Sequence record: PZ019085.1
Origin: a phage
Strand: one strand, 5' to 3'
Length of the DNA stretch: 64,000 nt
Shown here: positions 26,875 to 36,515 of the stretch, piece by piece
Numbering within the stretch: the stretch's first letter is position 1
Layout of the letters: every line of letters starts with the position of its first letter
Program-made: the position numbers and the translations under genes
The notes under the pieces: model-generated
Databases searched by the model: none
What the model was told of the DNA's origin: nothing
What the model saw: only the letters and a program-made list of their open reading frames with translations

Positions 26875-27330
26875 ATGATTAATATTGGTGAAATTAAACG
26901 TGTATCAACAGTGTCTCGTTCTAAAGCTGCAGGAAAGCTGGTTGAAGTAGTAGGACTTCGTACTAATGGCATGGGTCGTATTAAAGAAGTTAAAGTTCGA
27001 ATCATCCCCAGTTTTGGCGGACAAGATGCCCAGTATGCTTACGTAAGTCCTAAATTCCTGGAAACTCATGTGAGTGCTCATTTTGCTTCTACTGAACCTA
27101 ATGTACAGTTCAAATGGACCTTGTGTAAAGGTGTTGAATTCCAGACTGATAAAGAATTTGACTTCATCGATGAATACGGTTATCCAAGCAAAACTGATAT
27201 TATGTGTGGCTTCATTAGTGACCAATGGGTTGAAGATGGTGAAAAGTTATACAATATCGTATTCTTAGGTGACTTCCGAGTTGTTAAAGAATCTGAAATC
27301 ACTCGCTATGTGTCTCCTCGTAAAGCTTAA
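26875..27330 (+). CDS. Hypothetical protein, paralog 2 of the tandem triplet
   Basis: GFISDQWVEDGEKLYNIVFLGDFRVV; start trimmed to the ATG after the SD (the track ORF includes the promoter). Confidence 0.6.
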   Translation: MINIGEIKRVSTVSRSKAAGKLVEVVGLRTNGMGRIKEVKVRIIPSFGGQDAQYAYVSPKFLETHVSAHFASTEPNVQFKWTLCKGVEFQTDKEFDFIDEYGYPSKTDIMCGFISDQWVEDGEKLYNIVFLGDFRVVKESEITRYVSPRKA

Positions 27331-27339
27331 GGAATTATT

Positions 27340-27759
27340 ATGAATATTGCAAATCTCTCTATTGGTGATTATGTACACGTATCAGATGCTTCTCGCTCTA
27401 AAGTTGCTGGTAAGTTGGTCGAAGTTCTTTCTGTGAGTGATCCGGTTTTTGGACGTAACGAAGTTAAAGTTCGTGACGCTGATGGTAACATTGGTTACGT
27501 TAAAAGCCAATTCATCGAGCCAGAAGAACGCGCGTTCAAATGGAAACTGTGCAGATCGGTTTTAGTTGTAAAAGACCACGAGTTCACCATTGCTGCGGCA
27601 ACAGATGGAACACCGTGGACAACGAATCAAGTTGCTGGTTTTATTTCGGACCAATGGGTAGAAGATGGTGTTAAGCTTTATAACATCGTTTTCGCTGGAC
27701 AGTTCATAGTAGTTCCTGAGTTCCAAATCAAAAAATATTGTCCAGCATCTTTTGCATAA
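27340..27759 (+). CDS. Hypothetical protein, paralog 3 of the tandem triplet
   Basis: GFISDQWVEDGVKLYNIVFAGQFIVVP; N-terminal SRSKVAGKLVEV shared with paralog 2. Confidence 0.65.
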   Translation: MNIANLSIGDYVHVSDASRSKVAGKLVEVLSVSDPVFGRNEVKVRDADGNIGYVKSQFIEPEERAFKWKLCRSVLVVKDHEFTIAAATDGTPWTTNQVAGFISDQWVEDGVKLYNIVFAGQFIVVPEFQIKKYCPASFA

Positions 27760-27763
27760 AGTT

Positions 27764-27815
27764 GTTTACTTCTCCTCTGGTTTTGATATTATACCCATAT
27801 CAACCAGAGGAGAAT
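27764..27815 (+). promoter_or_regulatory. Early promoter (GTTTAC, 17 bp, TATTAT) inside an 11-bp perfect inverted repeat that includes the SD
   Basis: Left arm TTCTCCTCTGG 27770-27780, right arm CCAGAGGAGAA 27805-27815. Confidence 0.6.
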
Positions 27816-27818
27816 AAT

Positions 27819-28343
27819 ATGTTAGTTTACCGCGTAGAACGTAGTTTTTGTACTCAACGTGAATCATTACCAGGAATTGCTATTGAAGACGGTAAAGCCG
27901 TCAGAATTTGGGAAACCTCTTGGAATAAAGAACCTCGCTCGCCGTACGGTTGGTCGGGCACCGACAACTCTGAAGAAACATGGGAGTTCCTTGATAAGCA
28001 TGGAATACTCTCAGGTAACTTCTACCATCATGGCGACAACTATAATGTCCCTAATCGTCCTACAGTAAATGAAGACAAACTCCTTGAACAAAATATCTTA
28101 AGATACTATAGAATTGAGCACACATTTGAATTGAGTGAAGATTGGGCTCAATGGTTCTATTTTGGATTTGAAAGTGTTGACGCGGTTTATGCATGGTTTG
28201 ATGACCAGGTGGATGTTGAACTCTTGAAAGCTAAAGGATACTACATCGCTGTCTATGAAGCACCTGATTTCATCCTCGGAAGTTGTCAATTAATGTTTAG
28301 ACGTTCATTGGCAGAACAAGTTGATTTTATTTTGCTAAAATGA
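27819..28343 (+). CDS. Hypothetical protein (174 aa)
   Basis: ATG after SD GAGGAGAA; the track ORF start lies inside the promoter. Confidence 0.6.
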   Translation: MLVYRVERSFCTQRESLPGIAIEDGKAVRIWETSWNKEPRSPYGWSGTDNSEETWEFLDKHGILSGNFYHHGDNYNVPNRPTVNEDKLLEQNILRYYRIEHTFELSEDWAQWFYFGFESVDAVYAWFDDQVDVELLKAKGYYIAVYEAPDFILGSCQLMFRRSLAEQVDFILLK

Positions 28344-28400
28344 TGTACAACAACTATGGTCTATGATACTATAGACCTATCAAAACAAGAGGAGAATATT

Positions 28401-28628
28401 ATGAAACGTCAAATCATTAAAAACGTAACTACTGATTCAAACATCGATGAGTTTGAAGATGTTCTGTTTAATCCTGATTTAGTTGTTGTACAGAAAAACT
28501 GGACTGAATTTTTATGCTACACTGAAGTGGTTTACGTTTACGAAAAACTCGGCGATGAAATGCCTATCTATGGTATCTTCCGTGAAATCACTGAAAACGG
28601 TACAACTTATTGGAAGGAAACTTACTAA
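28401..28628 (+). CDS. Hypothetical protein (75 aa)
   Basis: ATG after SD AGAGGAGAA; the upstream promoter-like region (about 28345-28373) has a degenerate -35. Confidence 0.5.
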   Translation: MKRQIIKNVTTDSNIDEFEDVLFNPDLVVVQKNWTEFLCYTEVVYVYEKLGDEMPIYGIFREITENGTTYWKETY

Positions 28629-29041
28629 TGGCTAATAAATTTGAAGTTAATAAATGGTATCAGTTCATAGATAAACGTGCCCAAGAAGAGTTTATTAAAG
28701 ACCACACTGATAATGGGATTTATGCACGCCGTCTTGGCATGGAGCCATTTAAAATATTAGATGTTGACCATCTTGGACGTCCTACTAAACTTGTGACATC
28801 TACTGGCACGGTTGGGTACGCAACAGGCGGTGATATTCTTGATGAAAACTTTATCTGGCTCTCCACGAATGAAGCAGAGTTCTTTGACGAAGTTGGAAAT
28901 CCATATCAAGATTCTGAAGAGCAAGATTCTGATGAACTTGGCGAATTGTCTGAATTTCCTGCGATGACGATTACTATCGAAAATAACGACCAGGCATGGT
29001 CTTTGTATCAAATGTTGAAAGCACATTTTAAGGAACAATAA
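28628..29041 (+). CDS. Hypothetical acidic protein (137 aa)
   Basis: ATG overlapping the upstream stop (TAATG). Confidence 0.5.
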   Translation: MANKFEVNKWYQFIDKRAQEEFIKDHTDNGIYARRLGMEPFKILDVDHLGRPTKLVTSTGTVGYATGGDILDENFIWLSTNEAEFFDEVGNPYQDSEEQDSDELGELSEFPAMTITIENNDQAWSLYQMLKAHFKEQ

Positions 29042-29220
29042 TGCCTTTATACGACTATAAATGTCAATCTGAAGATTGTGGTCATGAATATGAAAAAATT
29101 AAAAGGATTTCTGAACGAGAAAACGATGTTTGCCCTGAATGTCATCGTCTGTCTACTCGTCGGGTTTCTGCTCCTAAACATGTGAACGGTGGTTTTTACG
29201 ACTTACTTAAGAAGGGTTAA
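29041..29220 (+). CDS. FmdB-family zinc-ribbon protein (59 aa)
   Basis: [18 protein letters not shown] ... CPECH: two CxxC pairs and the FmdB-like N-terminal signature; missed by the ORF track. Confidence 0.55.
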   Translation: MPLYDYKCQSEDCGHEYEKIKRISERENDVCPECHRLSTRRVSAPKHVNGGFYDLLKKG

Positions 29221-29222
29221 TT

Positions 29223-29669
29223 ATGGCTTTTAATACGTCTTTTAAAGGTTTTAAAGGTTTTGAAGTTGGTAAGAAATATCGTATTATCAAAGGACAGGAA
29301 GATAATTTCTTGAGAATTCTTAATACGACCGGTAAACGTCTTAATACTAATCTGCATACTACTTTATTGTCTAAAGATTTTATTGTGGAAGAGATGATTG
29401 GTTATGGTGTTTCAGTGATTGCCGTAGAAGCCGTAGGTGATTATGGCCGAACTATTCATAGTATGCAAGGTGATATTCTGATTTATGGTGCAGAATTTAA
29501 ATTCTTTGAAGAAGTTCCGGAACCAGATACAGCTGTCGATTTCAAAAAAGGCTCTATAGAATTTGTTGATGGTTCGGTGATCGTATCAGGCGATGTGGTC
29601 ATTACAGTTAAAAGTGAACAAGGGCGTTTAGCTGCAATTGATACACTTCAGAAAATTAAATTTAAATAA
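29223..29669 (+). CDS. Hypothetical protein (148 aa)
   Basis: ORF followed by a terminator. Confidence 0.6.
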   Translation: MAFNTSFKGFKGFEVGKKYRIIKGQEDNFLRILNTTGKRLNTNLHTTLLSKDFIVEEMIGYGVSVIAVEAVGDYGRTIHSMQGDILIYGAEFKFFEEVPEPDTAVDFKKGSIEFVDGSVIVSGDVVITVKSEQGRLAAIDTLQKIKFK

Positions 29670-29688
29670 GGGCTTAGGCCCTTTTTGC
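29668..29688 (+). terminator. Intrinsic terminator (AAGGGC-UUAG-GCCCUU plus U-run)
   Basis: GC stem followed by TTTTTG. Confidence 0.6.
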
Positions 29689-29732
29689 TTTAGATTTCGG
29701 ATGATAGAATACCTTCATAACGAGGAGACAAC

Positions 29733-31550
29733 ATGATTAAAAATGAAATTAAGGTATTGTCAGATGTAGAACATATTAAGAAACGTAGTGGTATGTATAT
29801 TGGTTCTTCGGCCAAAGAAGCACATGAGCGTTTTTTGTTCGGTAAATATCAACAAGTTGAATATGTTCCTGGTCTGGTTAAATTAATCGATGAGATTATT
29901 GACAACTCGGTTGATGAAGCTATTCGTACATCATTTAAGTTTGCAAATAAAATTGATGTGCAAATTAAAAATAATCAAGTTTCGGTGGAAGATAACGGAC
30001 GTGGTATTCCTCAAGGTTTAGTTACCGACCAAACAGGTGAACAAATTCCTGGGCCTGTAGCAGCCTGGACTATTCCAAAGGCCGGTGGTAACTTTGGTGA
30101 TGACTCTGAACGCAAGACCGGTGGTATGAACGGCGTCGGGAGTAGTTTAACCAATATCTTCTCTACGTTGTTTACAGGCATTACGTCAGATGGCGAAAAT
30201 GAAATCACTGTTAACTGTTCAAATGGAATGGAAAACAAATCATGGTCTTCTAAGAAATCTAAAGGTAAAGGCACTAAAGTAATCTTCACTCCTGATTTCA
30301 CTTCATTTGAAGAGCATAATTTATCTCAAATTTATTTAGATATTACTTTAGACCGACTTCAAACATTGGCAGTCGTTTATCCTGATATCAAGTTCACATT
30401 TAATGGTAAAAAGGTTGATGGTAATTTTAAACGATTTGCTAAACAATTTGGTGAAGATAACATCATTCAAGAAAATGATAAAGTCTCTATAGCATTCACA
30501 ACATCACCAGATGGCTTCCGTCATTTAACTTATGTGAATAACATCCATACTAAAAACGGCGGTCATCATGTTGAATGTGTAATGGATGATATCTGCGAAC
30601 ATCTTTTGCCTGGTATCAAAAAGAAATATAAGGGTATTGAAGTCACTAAAGCTCGTGTTAAAGAATGCCTCACAATGTTGATGTTTATTAGAGACATGAG
30701 CAACATGCGTTTTGATTCTCAGACTAAAGAACGTTTAACGTCAACGTACGGTGATATTCGTAATCATATCCAATTAGATGCTAAGAAAATTGCTCAGGCA
30801 CTTCTTAAAAACGAAGCCTTGATTATGCCTATTGTTGAAGCAGCATTAGCTCGTAAATTGGCGGCAGAAAAGGCTGCAGAAACTAAAGCGGCTAAAAAGG
30901 CAACTAAAGCTAAGGTTCATAAGCATATTAAAGCTAACCAATGTGGTAAAGATGCAGATACGACATTGTTCTTAACAGAAGGTGATTCGGCAATTGGTTA
31001 TCTCATTGATGTTCGTGACCGTGAACTACATGGTGGATTCCCATTACGTGGTAAGGTGATGAATAGCTGGGGTATGTCATATGCTGATATGATGAAGAAC
31101 AAAGAGCTCTTTGATATCTGTGCTATCACAGGTCTTATTCTTGGTGAAAAGGCAGAGAATACGAACTATCGTAATATTGCAATTATGACCGATGCCGATC
31201 ATGACGGTCTTGGAAGTATCTATCCGGCTTTGCTTGCTTTCTTTAGTAATTGGCCTGAATTGTTTGAACAAGGACGTATTCGCTTTGTTAAAACGCCTGT
31301 AATTATTGCACAAATTGGCAAAACTCAAAAATGGTTTTATACTGTAGCTGAGTATGAAGAAGTTAAAGATACACTGCCTAAGCATAGTATTCGATACATC
31401 AAGGGATTAGGCTCCCTTGAAAAGTCAGAATATCGTGAAATGATTCAGAACCCTGTGTACGACGTAGTTAAACTTCCTGAAAATTGGAAAGAACTCTTTG
31501 AAATGTTGATGGGTGACGATTCAGAACTTCGTAAAGAATGGATGTCCTAA
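29733..31550 (+). CDS. 39: Topoisomerase II large subunit gp39 (GyrB-like ATPase), continuous 39+60-equivalent ORF
   Basis: 605 aa; GHKL ATPase motifs; one uninterrupted ORF, unlike the split T4 39/60 arrangement. Confidence 0.9.
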   Translation: MIKNEIKVLSDVEHIKKRSGMYIGSSAKEAHERFLFGKYQQVEYVPGLVKLIDEIIDNSVDEAIRTSFKFANKIDVQIKNNQVSVEDNGRGIPQGLVTDQTGEQIPGPVAAWTIPKAGGNFGDDSERKTGGMNGVGSSLTNIFSTLFTGITSDGENEITVNCSNGMENKSWSSKKSKGKGTKVIFTPDFTSFEEHNLSQIYLDITLDRLQTLAVVYPDIKFTFNGKKVDGNFKRFAKQFGEDNIIQENDKVSIAFTTSPDGFRHLTYVNNIHTKNGGHHVECVMDDICEHLLPGIKKKYKGIEVTKARVKECLTMLMFIRDMSNMRFDSQTKERLTSTYGDIRNHIQLDAKKIAQALLKNEALIMPIVEAALARKLAAEKAAETKAAKKATKAKVHKHIKANQCGKDADTTLFLTEGDSAIGYLIDVRDRELHGGFPLRGKVMNSWGMSYADMMKNKELFDICAITGLILGEKAENTNYRNIAIMTDADHDGLGSIYPALLAFFSNWPELFEQGRIRFVKTPVIIAQIGKTQKWFYTVAEYEEVKDTLPKHSIRYIKGLGSLEKSEYREMIQNPVYDVVKLPENWKELFEMLMGDDSELRKEWMS

Positions 31551-31575
31551 GCTCCTTCGGGAGCTTCATTTTAAT
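31550..31575 (+). terminator. Intrinsic terminator (GCUCC-UUCG-GGAGC plus U-rich tail)
   Basis: Stem-loop directly after the gp39 stop. Confidence 0.55.
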
Positions 31576-31592
31576 TTTAATAAGGCTTAATT

Positions 31593-32693
31593 ATGAAAGT
31601 TATGTTTATCCCATCTCGTGCAGTCCCATTTAATCCTGACCGTGTACAAGGTGGTCTTGAGGCAGTACATTTAAATGTGTTGAAATATCTTGTGTCCATC
31701 GGTGCTGATATTGATTATATCGGCTTTGATAATGACACGTTTGGTGACTGGAAAGTTACACACCATCCTGTTGGTCATCTGACTAAATTCAGTCTAGGTA
31801 TGAGTTATACTATGGCCCGTAAGATTGTTGAACTAGCCGGCATCCATGAATACGATTTTGTTGTTACTATGGAACCGACTAAACTAACCGTTCAGGCAAT
31901 TAAAGACGCAGGTCTCTCTAAAGTTCATAAGAATTTTATGGCTACGCCGTTTGAACCGGTGTCTCGTGGTATTGTTCAAATTTGGGATCAGACTATCCAG
32001 ATTCACAAGAACGGTGGGAAGAGCTATGCTCCTACTAAAGCATTCCGTGAATTTGAACGTAAATATTGTCATATGACTTCAGCTCTTACTGACAAAATTG
32101 ATTATGACTACTGGCGTGAAAATCCATTATTTGAACCTGATGACTACCCAGTTATTTGTTTGAATGAAAAACCTGAAGTTCTTCCGGCAACTGATTTGAT
32201 TATTAGTGCTCAACGTTATGACACTAAGATGCGTCGCACTGATGTTGCTCTTGAAGCAATTAAAGCACTAGGCGAAAATGGTATTGGTTATTGTCCAAGC
32301 AAATGGGCACCACCAGCTAAATATCCTGTTATTATTGATGCTCCACATAGTGAAATCATGGAACGTCTTAAAACAGCTAAAGCACTTATTAATACGTGTC
32401 CTGACACAGGTACGGTAGAGAATAGTTCTATTGAAGCCATCTCTAAAGGTGTCCCTGTAATCCAGTTAGTTTTTAAGGATTATCCTCATGCGACATTCGA
32501 ATACGACCCAGATACTGTGCGTGTAGAAATTGATTCCTCTACTCCTAAGAAAGAAGTAGTTGCGCTTTACACAAAAGCTGTATTAGAATTCACTGACACA
32601 TACGAAGCTCGAGTTAAACGTGCTGAAGCAGTATGGAAGAAGTATAATCGAGATGCAGTTGTTGCGATGTGGGATAAAATCTTCACAGCGTAA
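31593..32693 (+). CDS. GT-B-fold glycosyltransferase (GT4-like), candidate DNA hmC glycosyl (arabinosyl) transferase
   Basis: 366 aa; C-terminal TGTVENSSIEAISKGVPVI resembles the GT-B donor-binding E-x7-E region; sits between 39 and rIIA. Confidence 0.6.
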   Translation: MKVMFIPSRAVPFNPDRVQGGLEAVHLNVLKYLVSIGADIDYIGFDNDTFGDWKVTHHPVGHLTKFSLGMSYTMARKIVELAGIHEYDFVVTMEPTKLTVQAIKDAGLSKVHKNFMATPFEPVSRGIVQIWDQTIQIHKNGGKSYAPTKAFREFERKYCHMTSALTDKIDYDYWRENPLFEPDDYPVICLNEKPEVLPATDLIISAQRYDTKMRRTDVALEAIKALGENGIGYCPSKWAPPAKYPVIIDAPHSEIMERLKTAKALINTCPDTGTVENSSIEAISKGVPVIQLVFKDYPHATFEYDPDTVRVEIDSSTPKKEVVALYTKAVLEFTDTYEARVKRAEAVWKKYNRDAVVAMWDKIFTA

Positions 32694-32709
32694 ATCCTGA
32701 ATAGCCTGA

Positions 32710-32760
32710 GGCACTATTACACATAAGATGATAAATTATACGGTCTTTAGTAATAGTGCC
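32710..32760 (+). repeat. 11-bp perfect inverted repeat GGCACTATTAC ... GTAATAGTGCC with a 29-nt AT-rich loop
   Basis: Seen directly between the glycosyltransferase gene and the rIIA.1-position ORF. Confidence 0.6.
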
Positions 32761-32785
32761 CTAGGAATCTACTGAAGAGAATATT

Positions 32786-32986
32786 ATGAGAACGTATAAC
32801 GTGGACTTGGAACTTTTTGATAAAGCGGTGCTCCGAGAATTCCGGCTTATCCAAAGATTTTTTGATATCGAATCAGCTGAAGCCTTTAAAGAACGCTTTA
32901 AGGAAATTCGATATAAAATACAAACCGATACAGCTACTAAAGAAGAACTTCTTGAAGTAGCAGAAATTTTTAAACGTAACTTGTGA
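32786..32986 (+). CDS. Hypothetical protein (66 aa), rIIA.1 position
   Basis: ORF upstream of rIIA. Confidence 0.5.
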   Translation: MRTYNVDLELFDKAVLREFRLIQRFFDIESAEAFKERFKEIRYKIQTDTATKEELLEVAEIFKRNL

Positions 32987-32998
32987 TGAGAGAAAAAT

Positions 32999-35212
32999 AT
33001 GATTATTGAAACGGCTAAAGAAACGATTATTGGTTCAGGCGGTAAGAGCACAGCATTCACTATTCAAGGCAATAGCAAAGTTTATAAGATTTTGTCTAAC
33101 GACCTTTATACAAACAAAGAATTGGCTTGTGTACGTGAATTAATCACAAACTGTATCGATGGACAAATTCTTAATGGTTGCACTGATAAGTTTATTGTTC
33201 AGGCTCCAGGTCGTTTAGACCCACGTTTTGTAGTTCGAGACTTTGGTCCTGGTATGAGTGATTTCACCATTCGAGGTAATGACGAAGAGCCAGGAATCTA
33301 TAACTCATATTTTGCTTCAACTAAAACATCGAGTAACGATTTCATTGGTGGTTTCGGTCTCGGCTCTAAAGCTCCACTAGCATATACCGATACGTTTAAC
33401 CTTACGTCTTATCACAACGGTGAAGTTCGTGGTTACGTAATCTACCAAGATGACAGTGGTCCACAGATTAAGCCAACCTTTGTAGATAAGATGGGCCCTG
33501 ATGACCGTACAGGTGTTGAAGTAGTTGTACCGGTTAACCCAGAAGATTTTGAAAAGTTCGCATCTGAAATTGCATATGTTATGCGTCCTCTAGGTGATAT
33601 TGCAGAAGTTCGTGGTGTTAAAGATATTAAATACTTTCCTGAATTTGACGATGTATATTTAGCCAAGGAAGCTCCATGGGGTGAACGTGGTAATATCATG
33701 GCTGTTTATGGTGGTATTGTATATCCAATCGGAAGTGTTATTAAAGAACAAACATGGATGATGACGCGATGCACTACAGCTTATATTAAATTCCCTATGG
33801 GTGAACTAGATGTAGCCCCGTCTCGTGAAGCATTGTCATTTGATAAACGTACAGTAGCAAATATCCATAAACGTGTTGCAGAAATCGATGCTAAATTGTT
33901 CGCTGAAGATTCTAAGAAATGGATTGATTGTAAATACCCACGTCATGTATTCCGTGAAATAGATTCTCTTGGCTATACCGCTCGTAAATACATGGAAAAG
34001 GCCGGGTCTAATATTGAATCACTGAAATACTCTAAAGAACAACTAACTTATTCTGAGTTGTACAAACGTTTTAAAATGGGACCCGAATGGTGTAATCTTG
34101 GCGTCGTATACGATATCGTTGAATCCCCTCGTCTTCGTCGTATTCGTGAAAGTGGTAGCTCATCAACAACCATTTCAATTAACAGCCTGATCGGCATTAA
34201 CATTAAAAACGTTGAAATTGTTATTGACGACGTTAAGGGACGCGTTCCATTAATGCGAGCTCTTAATTCGATTGAAATGTCTAAAGACGAGGTTAAATTA
34301 ACCGGTAAAGTTCCACGCGGTTTTGGTAAAAGCGTACTATTCGTTGACCCTACAGACGAAGATGCAATGAAACTTCTTGAACGTCTTAAAGTTATCTTTG
34401 ATGGCGACAACATTAACATGTACAAGACTTCAGAGCTTTTACAAATCGTTAAGCCATGGATTGAAGTCAGGAAACGGACTAATGAGCCTCGCCCTAAATC
34501 ACCGAGTGCCCATCGTTTCTTCAAGAACGAAAACGATGTTTGGGTATCGGAAGATCTCTTTATTCCAGCGAGTGAAGCTGATGAAATCCAAGGTTATGCT
34601 ATAGTTCGTAATCGTTCTAATGCTGAATGTCTTGACGCAGATAAAGGTTGGTTGAACTATGACTCCAATTTCTTGACCCGTATTGCTGATTTGTCAGGTA
34701 TTAAAGAGTTCACTGTAGTTCGCCCACAAATTGCTAAGAAAGTTCGTAAACTTGGTGAAGTAGAATGTTTGTTTGAAAAATCAATTAATGACTATATTAT
34801 GCTAATCGATAAAGTAGATTATGATGAGTATGTATCACCAAGTCGTAGAGCACAGCCTTATTTGAATCATATTACTCGTAATGAAGAGCTTAACTTCCTT
34901 AGTAAGTATTTTAGCTCTAAGAACAAAGAAATCAGTAAAGACTTTGCAAAACTCTCAACAGTAAATAATCGCTGGGGATGGAATCGATTCGCAGGTGCTG
35001 ATAACAGAGACCTTAACAGGAAGTTAGAATTGTGTGCTAAAATTTTCGATAAGCTTAAAGATAATGCTTACGATAATGATGATAAAATGGTTATTGAATT
35101 TGAAACCAATTATCATATTGTGTCAGAATACATGGGACGACGTGGTACTCTTTCCAAAGAACAGGTCGCTCAAATCGTTAAATTCATGAAGGCCGTGGAA
35201 GCGGCCAAATAA
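32999..35212 (+). CDS. rIIA: rIIA membrane-associated protein (GHKL ATPase-like N-terminus)
   Basis: 737 aa; N-terminal ELITNCIDG ... DFGPGM ATPase-like motifs; precedes rIIB. Confidence 0.9.
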   Translation: MIIETAKETIIGSGGKSTAFTIQGNSKVYKILSNDLYTNKELACVRELITNCIDGQILNGCTDKFIVQAPGRLDPRFVVRDFGPGMSDFTIRGNDEEPGIYNSYFASTKTSSNDFIGGFGLGSKAPLAYTDTFNLTSYHNGEVRGYVIYQDDSGPQIKPTFVDKMGPDDRTGVEVVVPVNPEDFEKFASEIAYVMRPLGDIAEVRGVKDIKYFPEFDDVYLAKEAPWGERGNIMAVYGGIVYPIGSVIKEQTWMMTRCTTAYIKFPMGELDVAPSREALSFDKRTVANIHKRVAEIDAKLFAEDSKKWIDCKYPRHVFREIDSLGYTARKYMEKAGSNIESLKYSKEQLTYSELYKRFKMGPEWCNLGVVYDIVESPRLRRIRESGSSSTTISINSLIGINIKNVEIVIDDVKGRVPLMRALNSIEMSKDEVKLTGKVPRGFGKSVLFVDPTDEDAMKLLERLKVIFDGDNINMYKTSELLQIVKPWIEVRKRTNEPRPKSPSAHRFFKNENDVWVSEDLFIPASEADEIQGYAIVRNRSNAECLDADKGWLNYDSNFLTRIADLSGIKEFTVVRPQIAKKVRKLGEVECLFEKSINDYIMLIDKVDYDEYVSPSRRAQPYLNHITRNEELNFLSKYFSSKNKEISKDFAKLSTVNNRWGWNRFAGADNRDLNRKLELCAKIFDKLKDNAYDNDDKMVIEFETNYHIVSEYMGRRGTLSKEQVAQIVKFMKAVEAAK

Positions 35213-35221
35213 GGAAACATT

Positions 35222-36169
35222 ATGTACAATATCAAATGCTTGTCCCAAGAAGAACAGTTAGAAGCTTACGGCCTTGTTGAATCAGGCAAATGGACTCGTA
35301 AAGAAATTGCCGATTACTTCGACATTTCAACAGATACTCTTCGTAAGATTGTTAAGAATTTTAAAGCTGAAGGCGTTGTCCCTGAAGCAAACGATGCCTC
35401 TTATGTAATCGAAGAAGTTCCAGAAAATAATGAACCTATTATTACAGGTCATCGTCCAGAAATCGTATGGAACGCGTCATCTAAATTTATTTCAATCATT
35501 GAAGGACGCGTAGCATACAATGCGACTCCATCAAGTCATGCAAATTTTGAAGAAATTAAAGCTAATCTGGTCGCAGGAAACCTTAGTAAAGCTGTCGAAC
35601 TTATTAACATCAAGAAAGCTATTAGTAAGTTTGTTGACGGTAATGTTACTATTGAAGGTGGTAGTTTATTTTATCAAGGTATAGAAATTCGTTCAGGACT
35701 GGTTAATCGTATTATTGATTCCATGGAAAAAGGTGAAGACTTTAAATTCTATCTGCCGTTCCTTGAAAACCTGTTAGAAAACCCAAGCGAAAAAGCTGTA
35801 CAACGTTTATTCGACTTCTTGGTTGCAAATGATATTGAAATCACTGAAGATGGGTATTTCTATGCATGGAAAGTAGTTCGTAAGGACTATTTAGACTGCT
35901 ATAGTGGCACATTTGATAACTCGCCTGGTAAAGTTGTTTCAATGCCTCGTACTCGAGTTAACGACGATGATACACAAACTTGTTCCCGTGGTCTACACGT
36001 TTGTGCTAAATCATATATTCGTTACTTCGGTTCAAGCTCAGATAAAGTTGTTAAGGTTAAAGTTCATCCACGTGATGTTGTATCCATCCCAGTTGACTAT
36101 GGTGATGCTAAGATGCGTACTTGTCGTTATGAAGTAATTTCAGACGTTACTGAATTATTTGCAGAATAA
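35222..36169 (+). CDS. rIIB: rIIB protein
   Basis: 315 aa (T4 rIIB is about 312 aa); directly downstream of rIIA. Confidence 0.85.
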   Translation: MYNIKCLSQEEQLEAYGLVESGKWTRKEIADYFDISTDTLRKIVKNFKAEGVVPEANDASYVIEEVPENNEPIITGHRPEIVWNASSKFISIIEGRVAYNATPSSHANFEEIKANLVAGNLSKAVELINIKKAISKFVDGNVTIEGGSLFYQGIEIRSGLVNRIIDSMEKGEDFKFYLPFLENLLENPSEKAVQRLFDFLVANDIEITEDGYFYAWKVVRKDYLDCYSGTFDNSPGKVVSMPRTRVNDDDTQTCSRGLHVCAKSYIRYFGSSSDKVVKVKVHPRDVVSIPVDYGDAKMRTCRYEVISDVTELFAE

Positions 36170-36174
36170 TAATT

Positions 36175-36197
36175 GGGGACTTCGGTCCCCTTTTTTT
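36175..36197 (+). terminator. Intrinsic terminator (GGGGAC-UUCG-GUCCCC plus U7)
   Basis: Perfect stem, UUCG loop, TTTTTTT. Confidence 0.8.
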
Positions 36198-36211
36198 CTT
36201 TAGGGGTAATT

Positions 36212-36499
36212 ATGATTCATCCATTTGACGTATCAGAATCCAAAATTGCTAATCTTCGTGGTCATCATAAGTGTAAATCAGTTTATTGTGCTAAATTGGT
36301 AAAACATCCTGGTGATGCACACTACGGCTGGTTAGAATGTGACGAAGTTGTTATTGAAATCCCACCTGTAGATGCAGAATATCTTGAAGAAGGTGACCGC
36401 ATTTATTTTGGCGAACTACACATCAGAGGTATCTATGGTAAAGACGAACTTGGGACTGTTGAGACTGAAGAATCTTCCGACATTTATCCTGTCGAATGA
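36212..36499 (+). CDS. Hypothetical protein (95 aa)
   Basis: ATG after the terminator; the track ORF start at 36173 lies inside the terminator. Confidence 0.5.
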   Translation: MIHPFDVSESKIANLRGHHKCKSVYCAKLVKHPGDAHYGWLECDEVVIEIPPVDAEYLEEGDRIYFGELHIRGIYGKDELGTVETEESSDIYPVE

Positions 36500-36515
36500 G
36501 TTTTTGACTGGTGAA

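Noticed and set aside
26812-27330. Track ORF start at 26812 for the second paralog
   Set aside because: The extended N-terminus (MFYIQGW ...) reads through the promoter -35/-10; the ATG at 26875 after a spacer and A-rich leader is the credible start.
33442-34524. 85-aa and 158-aa minus-strand ORFs within rIIA
   Set aside because: Antisense to rIIA with no translation signals.
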